From an uncultured bacterium (lineage in GTDB: Bacteria; Krumholzibacteriota; Krumholzibacteriia; LZORAL124-64-63), in assembly GCA_963732385.1 (NCBI GenBank), contig CAVSZB010000007.1, forward strand, positions 1-64,000: a stretch of DNA of 64,000 nucleotides, given 5' to 3'. This document shows positions 21,185 through 30,388 of the stretch, piece by piece (position 1 is the stretch's first letter; each line of letters starts with the position of its first letter). A model generated the notes under the pieces. It saw only the letters and a list, made by a program, of their open reading frames with translations, was not told the origin of the DNA and did no database searches. A program made the position numbers and the translations under genes.

Positions 21185-24100
21185 TCACGACCGTTTGGGC
21201 CGCACCTTTTCCGTGTGGCACGGGACACAGAGGCGGCCGCCCGGATCATCGCGCAGCATCTTTTCGAACGCGGAGCCGTGCGGATCGTGGCAACTCACGC
21301 AGGTGAGCGGCTGCTGCGTGCGCGGGTCGATCACCTTCTCGCCCATGGGGTGATTCGCGTGCTCCTTGAAACTGTGGCAGCCGACGCAGGTGGCCTGCAG
21401 GCGGATCGCCAACTGGCCTGCGGGCGGGCTCACGTGGGGATCGTGGCAGGTGGTGCATCCCTTGCCCCCCTGCTCGGGGTGGCGGTGGGCGGCGTCGTTG
21501 GCGGTGGTCGCCTGCTCTGCGTGGCAGCGGCCGCACACCTGTGCCTGCCGGGCCGGCAAAAGCGGCGACGTGGGGGCGGTGTGCGGATTGTGACATGGCG
21601 TGCAGGACTTCTCGCCGGCCAGCGGACCGTGTGGCCGGTCGGTCTTGAGGTCCTGAGCCAGACCGGGGTGACAGGAGAGGCAGAGGGTCGATTCCGTGCC
21701 GCGCAGCGCGGCGCTGCCGGCCGGGTGGCAGGCGGCGCAGTTCCCCTGCGCGTACGGCTGGTGGACGTTGGCGAACGCCAGACCGGCCGTGGCCGAGGCG
21801 TGGGGCGCGTGGCACGACCGGCAGTCGGCGTCGGCCAGCGCAAAGCCGCGGTGTTTGGCGGTCAGCGCGGGGGAGCCGAGCTGGTGGCATTTGCCGCACA
21901 GCTCGCGCGGCGGGGCGACCAGCCCGCCGGTCTGGGTCGTGCCATGGGCGTCGTGGCATTCGCTGCAGCGCCCCTGCGCGAACGGGGCGTGCACGTGGAG
22001 ACGCCGCTGTTCGGCCTGCAGGTCGACGTGGCAGGTGAAGCAGAGCTTGCCTGGAGGCTGGCGCAGGAGCGCCGGCTGGGGCGATCCGTGGGGATCGTGG
22101 CAGGCATCGCACTTCCCCTCCCGCACCGGGGTGTGGGCGGTGCGGGTGTCGGGATAGAGGGAGGCGAGGTCGTGACAGGTGGCGCAGACGTCCGCGACAG
22201 GTCCCGCCGGGAGCAGCGCCTTGCCGGTCGCGGCGTGCGGATTGTGGCAGCCGAGACAGTCGCCGCCGGCGAACGGCGCGTGCTGCCGGGCGGCCGGCAG
22301 ATCGGCCGGGACGAGGCTGTCGTGGCACTGCAGGCAGAGTTCCTTCGGCGTGGTGATCGTGCCGGGTCCCTGGTGGCAGGTATCGCAGGCGCGCTCGGCG
22401 AAGCCGGGATGCGCGTTGGCGCGCAGCAGCGACGGCTGGGTGGCGTGGTGCGGTTCGTGGCAGGTCGTGCAGTTCACGCTGGTCCCGTCCCGGCCGAGGT
22501 GTTTGGCCTGGAAGCCGGCGCTCTTCTCGTCGTGGCACTGCAGGCAGAGGGCAGGCGCGGGGGTGCGCAGCATGCCGGCCCCTTCGCCGCCGTGCGGTAG
22601 ATGGCAGGTGAGACAGCCGTCCTGCGCGGGAGAATGCACGGATTTCGCAGCGGACGTGTCGACGATCTCCTGATGACAGACCGTGCAGACCAGCGGATCG
22701 CTCGCAGCCAGCAGGTGTGGCTGGTCGGAGCGATGGGCGTCGTGGCAGGCGGCGCAGTTGCTGTCACGGACCGGCGCGTGCGCCCGCCAGGCGACCGCCC
22801 CGGACGGGGTGGCCGCGACATCGTCGTGGCAGGTGGCGCAGATCGCCTTCGGATCCTCCTTCAGCAGTCCGGTTCGTTCCCCGCCGTGCGGCAGATGGCA
22901 GTCGAGGCATTGGCCGTCCGCCGTGGGGGCGTGCACGCTGCCCCCCTTGGGCGCCTGGGTGATGTCAGCGTGGCAACCGGAGCAGAGGGGGCCCGTCGCG
23001 CTTTTCAGCAGCGCCGGCTGTCCCGCAACGTGCGGCGCGTGGCAGGCGAGACATTCGCCGCGCTGCGCCGGCGCGTGGCTCGACGCCTTGACGATTTCGA
23101 GACGCACGGAGGCGTGGCACCCGAGGCAGAGGGAACCGGCGCCCTGCTTGAGCAGGCTGGCGTCGTTGCCGCCGTGCGGATCGTGGCAGACCGTGCACGC
23201 CTGCTTGACGAACGGCGCATGCCTGGTCGTGGCGGCGGCGCTCTGCTGCGCCAGCGGCTGGTGGCAGGAGAGACAGAGCTCGGCGGTGGCCTGTTTCAGC
23301 AGCGCCGGCTGCCCCGCCGCGTGCGGATCGTGGCAGCTGGAGCAGTGGCCCTCCCGCGCCGGCTTGTGCACCACCTGGCGGTTGAAGGGGCCGTTGTCAT
23401 GGCAGGTGGTGCAGACCGCCTGCTCGCTCCCTTTCAACAGGCCGGCGCGCGCGCTGCCGTGCGGATCGTGGCAATCGAGACAGGCGCCCTCGGCCGCCGG
23501 CGGGTGCTTGACCGCTCCTGCGGCGCCGACCTCGGCGTGACAGCCGGCGCACAGGCCGGCGGTGTCGGACACCGGCGCGATTTTGCCGGCGGCGTCGACG
23601 GTGTGGCAGCCGCTGCAGTCCATCGCGGCGACGGGGCCATGCAGCGACGCCAGCAGCAGGGACGGCTGATCGGAACTGTGGGGATCGTGGCAGGAGGAAC
23701 AGTTGGCGGTGGCGACGTCGAGCCCCTTGTGCTGCTTCGCCAGCGCGGCGCCCCCCTTGTGACAGGAGAGGCAGAGCGCGGTCGGCTCCTGCTTCAGCAG
23801 GGCCGGCTGCGTGGACCCGTGCGGGTCGTGGCAGGCCTTGCAGCCGCCGTCTTTGAGCGGCTTGTGCACCTTCGCGCGGGTGAAGGCTGCGCGGTCGTGG
23901 CAGGTGAAGCAGGAGGCGTCGCCAGCGGCGTTGAGCAGCGCGGACTGGCCGGAGCCGTGAGGGGCGTGGCAGGCGGTGCAGCCGCCGGTGCGCAGTGGCT
24001 GGTGCAGCTTCGTGCCTTCGGGGAAGGTCGCCAACGCCTTGTGGCAGCCGGTGCAGAGGGCCGGGCCCTGCGCCTGCAGCACGAGGCTGCCCACGATGCC

Positions 24101-24310
24101 GTGGGGCTTGTGGCACCCTTCGCACTGGCCGGAGCGCAACGGTTCGTGGGCGTGGGGCGCCTTCATGGCCCGTTTCATCTCCGCGTGGCACTCCACGCAA
24201 CTCTTCGACTTGAACGGACCGGCGGCGCGAGCCGGTGCCGGCGCGACCGTCAAAAGGGTCAGGCCCAGGGCGGCGAAGCAGATGACGAGGGGCTGGCTCC
24301 ACCGTGTCAT
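21185..24310 (-). CDS. Giant multiheme cytochrome c, 42 CXXCH, doubled-CXXCH repeat family
   Basis: 1041 aa, signal peptide, repeat HxP-x5-CxxCHxPH-x11-CxxCH; manual count of 42 motifs. Confidence 0.93.
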   Translation of the reverse strand: MTRWSQPLVICFAALGLTLLTVAPAPARAAGPFKSKSCVECHAEMKRAMKAPHAHEPLRSGQCEGCHKPHGIVGSLVLQAQGPALCTGCHKALATFPEGTKLHQPLRTGGCTACHAPHGSGQSALLNAAGDASCFTCHDRAAFTRAKVHKPLKDGGCKACHDPHGSTQPALLKQEPTALCLSCHKGGAALAKQHKGLDVATANCSSCHDPHSSDQPSLLLASLHGPVAAMDCSGCHTVDAAGKIAPVSDTAGLCAGCHAEVGAAGAVKHPPAAEGACLDCHDPHGSARAGLLKGSEQAVCTTCHDNGPFNRQVVHKPAREGHCSSCHDPHAAGQPALLKQATAELCLSCHQPLAQQSAAATTRHAPFVKQACTVCHDPHGGNDASLLKQGAGSLCLGCHASVRLEIVKASSHAPAQRGECLACHAPHVAGQPALLKSATGPLCSGCHADITQAPKGGSVHAPTADGQCLDCHLPHGGERTGLLKEDPKAICATCHDDVAATPSGAVAWRAHAPVRDSNCAACHDAHRSDQPHLLAASDPLVCTVCHQEIVDTSAAKSVHSPAQDGCLTCHLPHGGEGAGMLRTPAPALCLQCHDEKSAGFQAKHLGRDGTSVNCTTCHEPHHATQPSLLRANAHPGFAERACDTCHQGPGTITTPKELCLQCHDSLVPADLPAARQHAPFAGGDCLGCHNPHAATGKALLPAGPVADVCATCHDLASLYPDTRTAHTPVREGKCDACHDPHGSPQPALLRQPPGKLCFTCHVDLQAEQRRLHVHAPFAQGRCSECHDAHGTTQTGGLVAPPRELCGKCHQLGSPALTAKHRGFALADADCRSCHAPHASATAGLAFANVHQPYAQGNCAACHPAGSAALRGTESTLCLSCHPGLAQDLKTDRPHGPLAGEKSCTPCHNPHTAPTSPLLPARQAQVCGRCHAEQATTANDAAHRHPEQGGKGCTTCHDPHVSPPAGQLAIRLQATCVGCHSFKEHANHPMGEKVIDPRTQQPLTCVSCHDPHGSAFEKMLRDDPGGRLCVPCHTEKVRPKRS

Positions 24311-25632
24311 GGCTTCTCCCCTTTCGGGGTGAGTTGGGCGAGTTCGCCCGCGACCAGCGCCCGGGCATCGGGCAAAATGCGCAGCGGTGTGGCCGCCTCG
24401 AGGCGCCGCAGCGCCTCGGCCAGCACTTCGCGCGTGCGCTGCGACTTCATCATGCCGAGCACGCGGTCGCGACTCGCCGCCAGCGGCGCCGGCTCCGCCG
24501 ACTCCATTTCGCTGACGACGGCCACCGCCCAGCCGCCCGGCACTTCAAACGGATCGAGCACCTGGCCCGCGGCCACCTCGCCCGGCTTGAGGCCGAGCGC
24601 CTGCGGCTCGATCCACTCCGCCGGGAACGGGCGGATGTCCGGCAGTACTTCGGCCGTGCGTCCGACCAGCCAGCGGAACTTGGCGCCCTGGCGCAGCCGG
24701 TCGTGGAAACCGCGGGCCGCGGCCTCGTCCTTCAGGAGCGCGCTGTCGACCTTGATGCGCGGCGCAGGCCTGAACTGCTCGAGGTGGTCGCGGTAGAACG
24801 CCTCGATCTCCTTCGGTTGCGGCTTGAAGGAGAAACCGAGCAGATTGTTGAGCGTCTCCTCGCGCACGAGATCGCGCTCGAGCAGACGCGCCAGCCGGAG
24901 CGCTTCGGGGCGCGCGGCAAGGCCCTGCAGACGCGCCTGGCGGGCGAGCACCCGTTCCACCACCCATTCATCGCACAGCTTGTCGCGTGACTCCGCGGTT
25001 TCGGGTCGTCCCTGCAGGCCATGGAAGTAGGTGAAACGGATCTGCCTGGTGAGTCCCTTGACCGTCAGTTGGCCGTCGGGGACCACGGCGATCACATCCT
25101 CACGTTCGCGCAGGCTCTGCTGTACGAGCGAATCGGCAGAGCCGTAGTCGAGCGAGGCGAGGAGCTTCGCGTCGACCTTCACGCCGAAGCGCTGCTTCAG
25201 CCGCTCGATGTATTCGCGCACTGCCGCCTGCCGGGCCTCGAGCACCTCCGGCATCTGCCCGGGCACGGACCGGGCGACCGAATCGAGCAGCGCGGTCATG
25301 CCCTGCCGCCCCACGGCGTCGGCGATCTGCCGCCGGACGGTTTCGCCTTCGTCGAGGCCGAGGCGCCGGCCCTCCTGCTCCAGCAGCGTATTCTGGATCA
25401 GCCGCCTCAGGACATCCTCCGCGGGGGGCAGCACCAGCGGGGCATCTCCCTTGCGCTGCGCCTGCATCCGGTCCAGCTCGATCCGGAGATCGGAAACCCG
25501 GATCGTGTCGTTGTCGACGATGGCCAGCTCCCGGTCCAGCAGCGGCAGCGCGGCCGGCAGCGACGTGGGGAAAGCCAGCGCGAGCAGCAGCAGCAGACCG
25601 GCGCGCGGGCGAGGCGATTGGCGGGGTGTCAT
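24307..25632 (-). CDS. SurA/PpiC-like periplasmic chaperone
   Basis: LAIVDNDTI...L, VLRRLIQNTLLEQEGRRLGLD, EIEAFY..H.EQF, degenerate rotamase domain; stop overlaps next start. Confidence 0.75.
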   Translation of the reverse strand: MTPRQSPRPRAGLLLLLALAFPTSLPAALPLLDRELAIVDNDTIRVSDLRIELDRMQAQRKGDAPLVLPPAEDVLRRLIQNTLLEQEGRRLGLDEGETVRRQIADAVGRQGMTALLDSVARSVPGQMPEVLEARQAAVREYIERLKQRFGVKVDAKLLASLDYGSADSLVQQSLREREDVIAVVPDGQLTVKGLTRQIRFTYFHGLQGRPETAESRDKLCDEWVVERVLARQARLQGLAARPEALRLARLLERDLVREETLNNLLGFSFKPQPKEIEAFYRDHLEQFRPAPRIKVDSALLKDEAAARGFHDRLRQGAKFRWLVGRTAEVLPDIRPFPAEWIEPQALGLKPGEVAAGQVLDPFEVPGGWAVAVVSEMESAEPAPLAASRDRVLGMMKSQRTREVLAEALRRLEAATPLRILPDARALVAGELAQLTPKGEKP

Positions 25633-25633
25633 G

Positions 25634-26716
25634 TCACGAAGCCTCCGGGCGTGGGGACGAGGGGGATGGCAGACGCTCAACCGCCTGCCGATAGCGTTCC
25701 AGGAACGAGACGGAGCGGATGGCGCCGAACCAGCCGGTGCCGGTGGCGGCTTCGGCGTAGATCTCGGCGCGCTCCAGCAGGCGCACCAGCCCGGTATCGA
25801 CCAGTCGCCAGGTGAGGGCGAACGGAGGGAGGGCCGGGCGCAGGACAGGACCCGAATCCGCGGCAGAGGCGGAGCCGGTGGCTCTCCCGGGATCCCAGCC
25901 GATGACTTCCGTCACCGCAACCGGGGCGACGCCAAAGGCGACGCGCAGCGCCTGGCAGCCGGCGCTGTCGAGGGCGGCCGCTCCACGGCCGCGATCATGC
26001 AGTACGCCGAGCACGAGCGCCGGATCGGGCAGACGCCAGTGACCGCTCTGCAACAGCCGCTGCAGCAGGCAGATGGTGACGACTTCGCCGGCGAGCGGAT
26101 CGAGATCCACCACGCGCGTCGGCAGCAGCAGCAGGGGCTCCCCGGCCGGTTCCGACGCGGGGACGCGCCGCGCGGACAGTTCGTGGCCGGCGCGTTGCAG
26201 GGCCGCCAGCCAGGCCGCTTCGTCCGGATCGCGGCCGACCTTCGCTTCCGCGACGTCGGCCCACAGGACCTGACCGTCGCCGGTGTCGATGCCGCGGAGC
26301 GTGGCGACCAGGCGCCCGGGATGGAGGGAAACCTGGGCGATGACAACCTGCGTGGCGCCGAGTTCGGTGGCCGCCGCGTCGAGCAGGCGGCGGTCGAAAC
26401 CGAGGGGGGAGCGCAGACGCAGGCGTTGTTGCAGCGGGGCCCACGCGGCCGGGGCCACCGGTTCGAGCCCCTCGCGGGCGCACAGCGCGGCGAACAGCCA
26501 CGCGCCCTCCTGGCGCAGGGCCGTCAGGGGTATCGGTCCGGCTATCCCGGCGGCGCTGGAGAAGAACAGGGCGATGGCCGCGCGCCCTTCGGCCGCCGGG
26601 TCGGTGCGACTGTCGGCAGGGACCGCCGCGGCAGCGCCGGCCGGCGTTGTCAGCAGCGCCGCCAGCGCCAGCAGGAACCACCGGACGGGGCCGGCGCGTC
26701 GGGGCCGGCGCGTCAA
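25634..26716 (-). CDS. Secreted protein, possibly tandem CsgG/TolB-N-like folds
   Basis: Signal peptide; twice-repeated pattern LRGIDTGDGQVLW / WRLVDTG... Confidence 0.6.
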   Translation of the reverse strand: MTRRPRRAGPVRWFLLALAALLTTPAGAAAAVPADSRTDPAAEGRAAIALFFSSAAGIAGPIPLTALRQEGAWLFAALCAREGLEPVAPAAWAPLQQRLRLRSPLGFDRRLLDAAATELGATQVVIAQVSLHPGRLVATLRGIDTGDGQVLWADVAEAKVGRDPDEAAWLAALQRAGHELSARRVPASEPAGEPLLLLPTRVVDLDPLAGEVVTICLLQRLLQSGHWRLPDPALVLGVLHDRGRGAAALDSAGCQALRVAFGVAPVAVTEVIGWDPGRATGSASAADSGPVLRPALPPFALTWRLVDTGLVRLLERAEIYAEAATGTGWFGAIRSVSFLERYRQAVERLPSPSSPRPEAS

Positions 26717-27282
26717 AAGAGCGACCCCAGGGCTTTACGGACCACATCGTGGCTCACGGCGTGGAGGCTGGCCGAATCGCCCCCGAACAGCTTGCGCCAG
26801 ACGGACGAGCCGCTGCCGTGCACCTCGGATTTCCACACCACCGCGCCGGTTTCGGTTTCGAGCAGGCCGAATTCCGCGGTGACCACGTAGACCCGGTTGC
26901 GGCCGAGGGCTTCGGGCCCGCAGTCCATGACCGTGCCGGTGAAGATCCCCTCGACGCCGAGCCGCTTGCCCAGCTCCAGGATCTGCGCGGGCGAGAGGGG
27001 GGCAGCCGGATCGAGGCGGAGTTCGCGCAGCGCGGCGAGCGTTTCGCCCGGTTCGACGAGCACGAGTCCCTTGCCGGTGCGCAGAAGCTCGGTCAGGAAA
27101 AGCGATTCCACGCGCGTGCCGGCGCTGCGGTCGGTGCTGAGGTTCTGGAACGGCAGGATCGCGCAGCGCCGGATGCGGCTGAAATCGACGTCGGGGTGCA
27201 CGAAAGTGGTGGCGCGGGGCGAGCAGCCGCCCAGGGCAAGGATCAAAGCCAGGAGCGCCGGCAGGGAAAATCTGCGTGCCAT
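26713..27282 (-). CDS. CsgG/GNA1162-like lipoprotein
   Basis: Lipobox LGG-C; AILPFQNLS, LGKRLGVEGIFTGTV, LLETETGAVVW. Confidence 0.78.
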   Translation of the reverse strand: MARRFSLPALLALILALGGCSPRATTFVHPDVDFSRIRRCAILPFQNLSTDRSAGTRVESLFLTELLRTGKGLVLVEPGETLAALRELRLDPAAPLSPAQILELGKRLGVEGIFTGTVMDCGPEALGRNRVYVVTAEFGLLETETGAVVWKSEVHGSGSSVWRKLFGGDSASLHAVSHDVVRKALGSLF

Positions 27283-27338
27283 CCGTCCACTCTCCCTTTC
27301 CGGGGGCGGGGCGGTCCCGCCAAAGGTAGGATCCCGGG

Positions 27339-29516
27339 TCAGAAAGTCCAGTTTACCCTGGCGTTGCTGCTCAACGGCCAGCTCAGCTCGCCACGCTGCT
27401 CGAAACGGGTCTTCTCGAGGCCCGCCTCGATGGTCAGCCGGGCCCGTGGCCGCCACATCGCCGTAAAGCCGGCGCCGCGCTGGGCGAGGTCGGCCCGCGT
27501 ATCGCGGAAATCGTTCAGGCTGAACTGGAACTCCACGCTGCCTCCGCCGAGCGGCGTCCAGGAGGCGGAGTGGCGGAACAGCCAGTCGTCGCTTTCACGC
27601 ACCTGGTAGCGCACCTGGCTGCTGAACGACAGCAGCGGCCACGGCGACCAGCGCACCAGGCTTTCGGATTCGTTGAATGGGGTGAAGCCGGCGCCGGCCG
27701 CTGCGTCGACCCAGCGACGGCTGTGCCGCAGGTCGATCCCGAGGTTCACCCGCGGCGCGGCCCGCACGAGTCCGGTTACGACCCAGGCGCGCGAGTCGCC
27801 GCCGTAGGCTTCATCCCGGACCCGACCGTACGTGATGCGTTCGCTGACCGTAAGGGCCGGCAGGATCTCGTGGTTCACCTTCAGGGCATACGTGTCCGAA
27901 ACCCGTGGCTGCACGCGACTGCGGTCATCCTGCCGGATCCACGACAGGCCGGTGGCCAGGCGGGTGTTGTTGCCGCGCGATACGTTCAGGCCCCAGAGGC
28001 GCGTGTCGGTGTCGGCGCGCGAGGCGCTGCGCAGGCGCTGGGTCTCCCAGGAGGCGCCGGCGCTCCAGAGTTGACGGGTCCAGCGCAACTGGCTGGCCTG
28101 CCCGGTGCTGCTGAGATTGTTGGCGTCGTTGTCGAAGCGACGTTCGTCAAGATGGAGAGCGTAGCGGAACTGCCAGTCGCGTGCGACCTGGTAGACGAGG
28201 TCGGTATCGAGCCGGTGGCGCACGGTCCGTTCGTGTGTCTCGGCGCGCGTGGCCTCCTGTCGGTCGTACAGCTCCAGCTCGGTCACGTAAAGATCCGGCA
28301 GGGTGGGGCCGTCCTTCTCGTTGACCAGCTTGAAGAAGCGCGCCCGGACCGGTTGTCCGCCCGGAGGCACGGGGAAGGCGATCTCCCAGCCGCGCAGCGA
28401 GGCGTCCCATTCCCGCCAGGTGATCGTGGACGCGCTGTCGGGCAGTTCGCTCCAGAGCCGGCCCTCGGGGTCGTCGCTCACGAAGAGTCGCCAGCGGATG
28501 AGACGGTTGAACACCACGAGGCGGTCGACGTAGAGCAGCGCGAGGCCCAACTCCTCGGTGGCGCCGAAATCGTAGCGCAGATTGCGGGCGTCTCCGCCGA
28601 ACTCGTGCCCGACCGTGGCGGCGTCGCCGAGGTTGACCGTGGTCGGCGTCGCCCGGTCATTGTCGTAGAGCGCGCTCACCTGGATGGTCGATGGTTCGAG
28701 CGGGTCCTCGATCAGGGGGGTGTCGTCGATCCGGAACCCACCGGTCAGGGGGATGAGCAGATTGCGTCCTCCGGTGAGCGGGCCGGTCAGGGTCTGCGTG
28801 AAGAGGCGCGTCTGGGCGTCCAACGACAGCCGGACGCGGGCGCCCAGGGCGAAGGAGCCACGGTAGTCGAGGGCATGCGTGCGGAAGAGATTCCGGTTGT
28901 CGAGCGTGCGGTCGCGGTGGTCGTTCTCGGTATAGGTGTAGGCCAGATCGCTTCCCGCCGGGAGAGCCAGCCGCGCCCCGGCGCTGCCGGTGCGTTCGCG
29001 GGTGCGCGAGGCGTCCACGCCGGAGTCGTCGCGACGATCGAGTTCGGCGCCGAACCAGCGCAGGCGCAGCCGCAGCCGGCCTATCTCGTACTGCGACCAT
29101 CCGCCATATTCGAACCGTTCGTCACGCCGCCCCGCCAGCCCCCCGCCGAAATAGTCGCGCCGGTAGCTCTCGCCGCTCAGGCCGAGGCGGAGGGTGCCGC
29201 GGCGCAGCGTCAGATTCACGTTCGGCTGCTGGGTGATCGTCTCGTAGTCCGACAGCTCCCCGGCGAAATCGCTCCAGTTCGCCTCCCGCAGCGCGCCGTA
29301 GCGGATCTGCAGATAGAGAGCGCGCGAGAGGTCGATGCGCTGGTCGAGCCGGCCCTCGGACTGGACGCTGCGGGTGGTGTAGGCGCTCGTCCCCGCCCGC
29401 CCCTCCTGCCGGAAGCCGCGCAGGTCGGCCCAGCCGTCGAGCGCGCGGACCGGGGCGGACGCCAGCAGCACGATGATGAGCGTCCAGAGCAGAGGCAGCG
29501 GCCCGGGTCGAGCCAC
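27339..29516 (-). CDS. Large outer-membrane beta-barrel with inserted soluble domain (GTG 29516 preferred over ATG 29651)
   Basis: Signal peptide LLWTLIIVLLASAPVRA, amphipathic strands, C-terminal NARVNWTF. Confidence 0.75.
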   Translation of the reverse strand: MARPGPLPLLWTLIIVLLASAPVRALDGWADLRGFRQEGRAGTSAYTTRSVQSEGRLDQRIDLSRALYLQIRYGALREANWSDFAGELSDYETITQQPNVNLTLRRGTLRLGLSGESYRRDYFGGGLAGRRDERFEYGGWSQYEIGRLRLRLRWFGAELDRRDDSGVDASRTRERTGSAGARLALPAGSDLAYTYTENDHRDRTLDNRNLFRTHALDYRGSFALGARVRLSLDAQTRLFTQTLTGPLTGGRNLLIPLTGGFRIDDTPLIEDPLEPSTIQVSALYDNDRATPTTVNLGDAATVGHEFGGDARNLRYDFGATEELGLALLYVDRLVVFNRLIRWRLFVSDDPEGRLWSELPDSASTITWREWDASLRGWEIAFPVPPGGQPVRARFFKLVNEKDGPTLPDLYVTELELYDRQEATRAETHERTVRHRLDTDLVYQVARDWQFRYALHLDERRFDNDANNLSSTGQASQLRWTRQLWSAGASWETQRLRSASRADTDTRLWGLNVSRGNNTRLATGLSWIRQDDRSRVQPRVSDTYALKVNHEILPALTVSERITYGRVRDEAYGGDSRAWVVTGLVRAAPRVNLGIDLRHSRRWVDAAAGAGFTPFNESESLVRWSPWPLLSFSSQVRYQVRESDDWLFRHSASWTPLGGGSVEFQFSLNDFRDTRADLAQRGAGFTAMWRPRARLTIEAGLEKTRFEQRGELSWPLSSNARVNWTF

Positions 29517-29528
29517 TCCGGGGGATAC

Positions 29529-29688
29529 AAAAAAACACCCCGCGAGGCGTGGGGTCTGTCTCGGGTGGGAAGCGACGCAGCCCGGCGAGGGAAGCAGGCC
29601 TCCCGGCCAGACCCGATCTGCGGCGCGCATGGCCCGCGAAATCACCTGCATGGCGCTGTGATATTAACAAATCAAGGCTTTGCAAGCA
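29529..29688 (-). promoter_or_regulatory. Promoter and 5' leader with terminator/antiterminator pairing
   Basis: TTGCTT-17nt-TAATAT with extended TG; hairpin ACCCCACG-cct-CGCGGGGT followed by GTTTTTTT just before the first gene. Confidence 0.5.
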
Positions 29689-29736
29689 ATTGAAAAACCA
29701 GGGAAACGGCTCGCGGTTTCAATTGCGGGAGGAAAC

Positions 29737-29812
29737 TGGCATCCCCAACGGGATTCGAACCCGTGTTGCCGCCGTGAAAGGGCAGTGTCCTAGGCCTCTA
29801 GACGATGGGGAC
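29737..29812 (-). tRNA. tRNA-Glu (TTC)
   Basis: GTCCCCATCGTCTAGAGGCCTAGGAC...CTTTCAC...GGTTCGAATCC...GCCA. Confidence 0.96.
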
Positions 29813-30166
29813 GCCGAAGAGGCCCCCAAGCTAACCTCCGGTCGCCTCTTCTGTCAACGCGCGCGGTCACGAAGTTCGCGCGGCCGCTTCCCGGAGGAGC
29901 ACGACCGTCTGCGCGCCAGGGTGCCGGAGTTGAAGCGGCTGGTGTCGCTGACGACCACCGCATCGCTGGCCAGCTTCGCCGCATGTACAGGCCGGCAATG
30001 TAGAAAGCTGGACTTGACGGCGGCGGCTGTCGAGTTGATTGTGACGCCCGCGGTCCGCCCGCGCGGAGCGGGGCGGGGAGAAAGCCGTTGACAGCGTTTG
30101 GCCGTTCCGGGACGATAACGCGTCTGGTGGCCGGAACAGAACCTTAGCTCATGCAGGGGAGGATCC

Positions 30167-30337
30167 ATGGCCGACATGATCATCAGCAAGACCAAGACGA
30201 AGGAACTTGTAACCAAGTGCAATGTGTCCGGCGAGTTTTACGAGGGGTTGGACAAGAAGGTGCGTGAGTTGATCGCCGCCGCCGAGCAGCGCGCGATTGA
30301 CAACGGTCGCAAGACTGTTCGCCCGTACGACCTGTAG
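30167..30337 (+). CDS. Bacterial histone-fold protein, 56 aa
   Basis: MADMIISKTKTKELVTKCNVSGEFYEGLDKKVRELIAAAEQRAIDNGRKTVRPYDL; RBS GGGGAGG; RKTVxxxD histone-fold motif. Confidence 0.88.
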   Translation: MADMIISKTKTKELVTKCNVSGEFYEGLDKKVRELIAAAEQRAIDNGRKTVRPYDL

Positions 30338-30388
30338 GCGAGTTCGCGTCGGACCAGGGGTCCGCTGCGTTGCTGGCGCCACGAATCC

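Noticed and set aside
21185..24310. Regularly spaced GTGGCA repeats that could be mistaken for a CRISPR or tandem DNA repeat
   Set aside because: They are the reverse complement of Cys-His codons in CXXCH motifs; no constant 25-40 nt repeat and no cas genes
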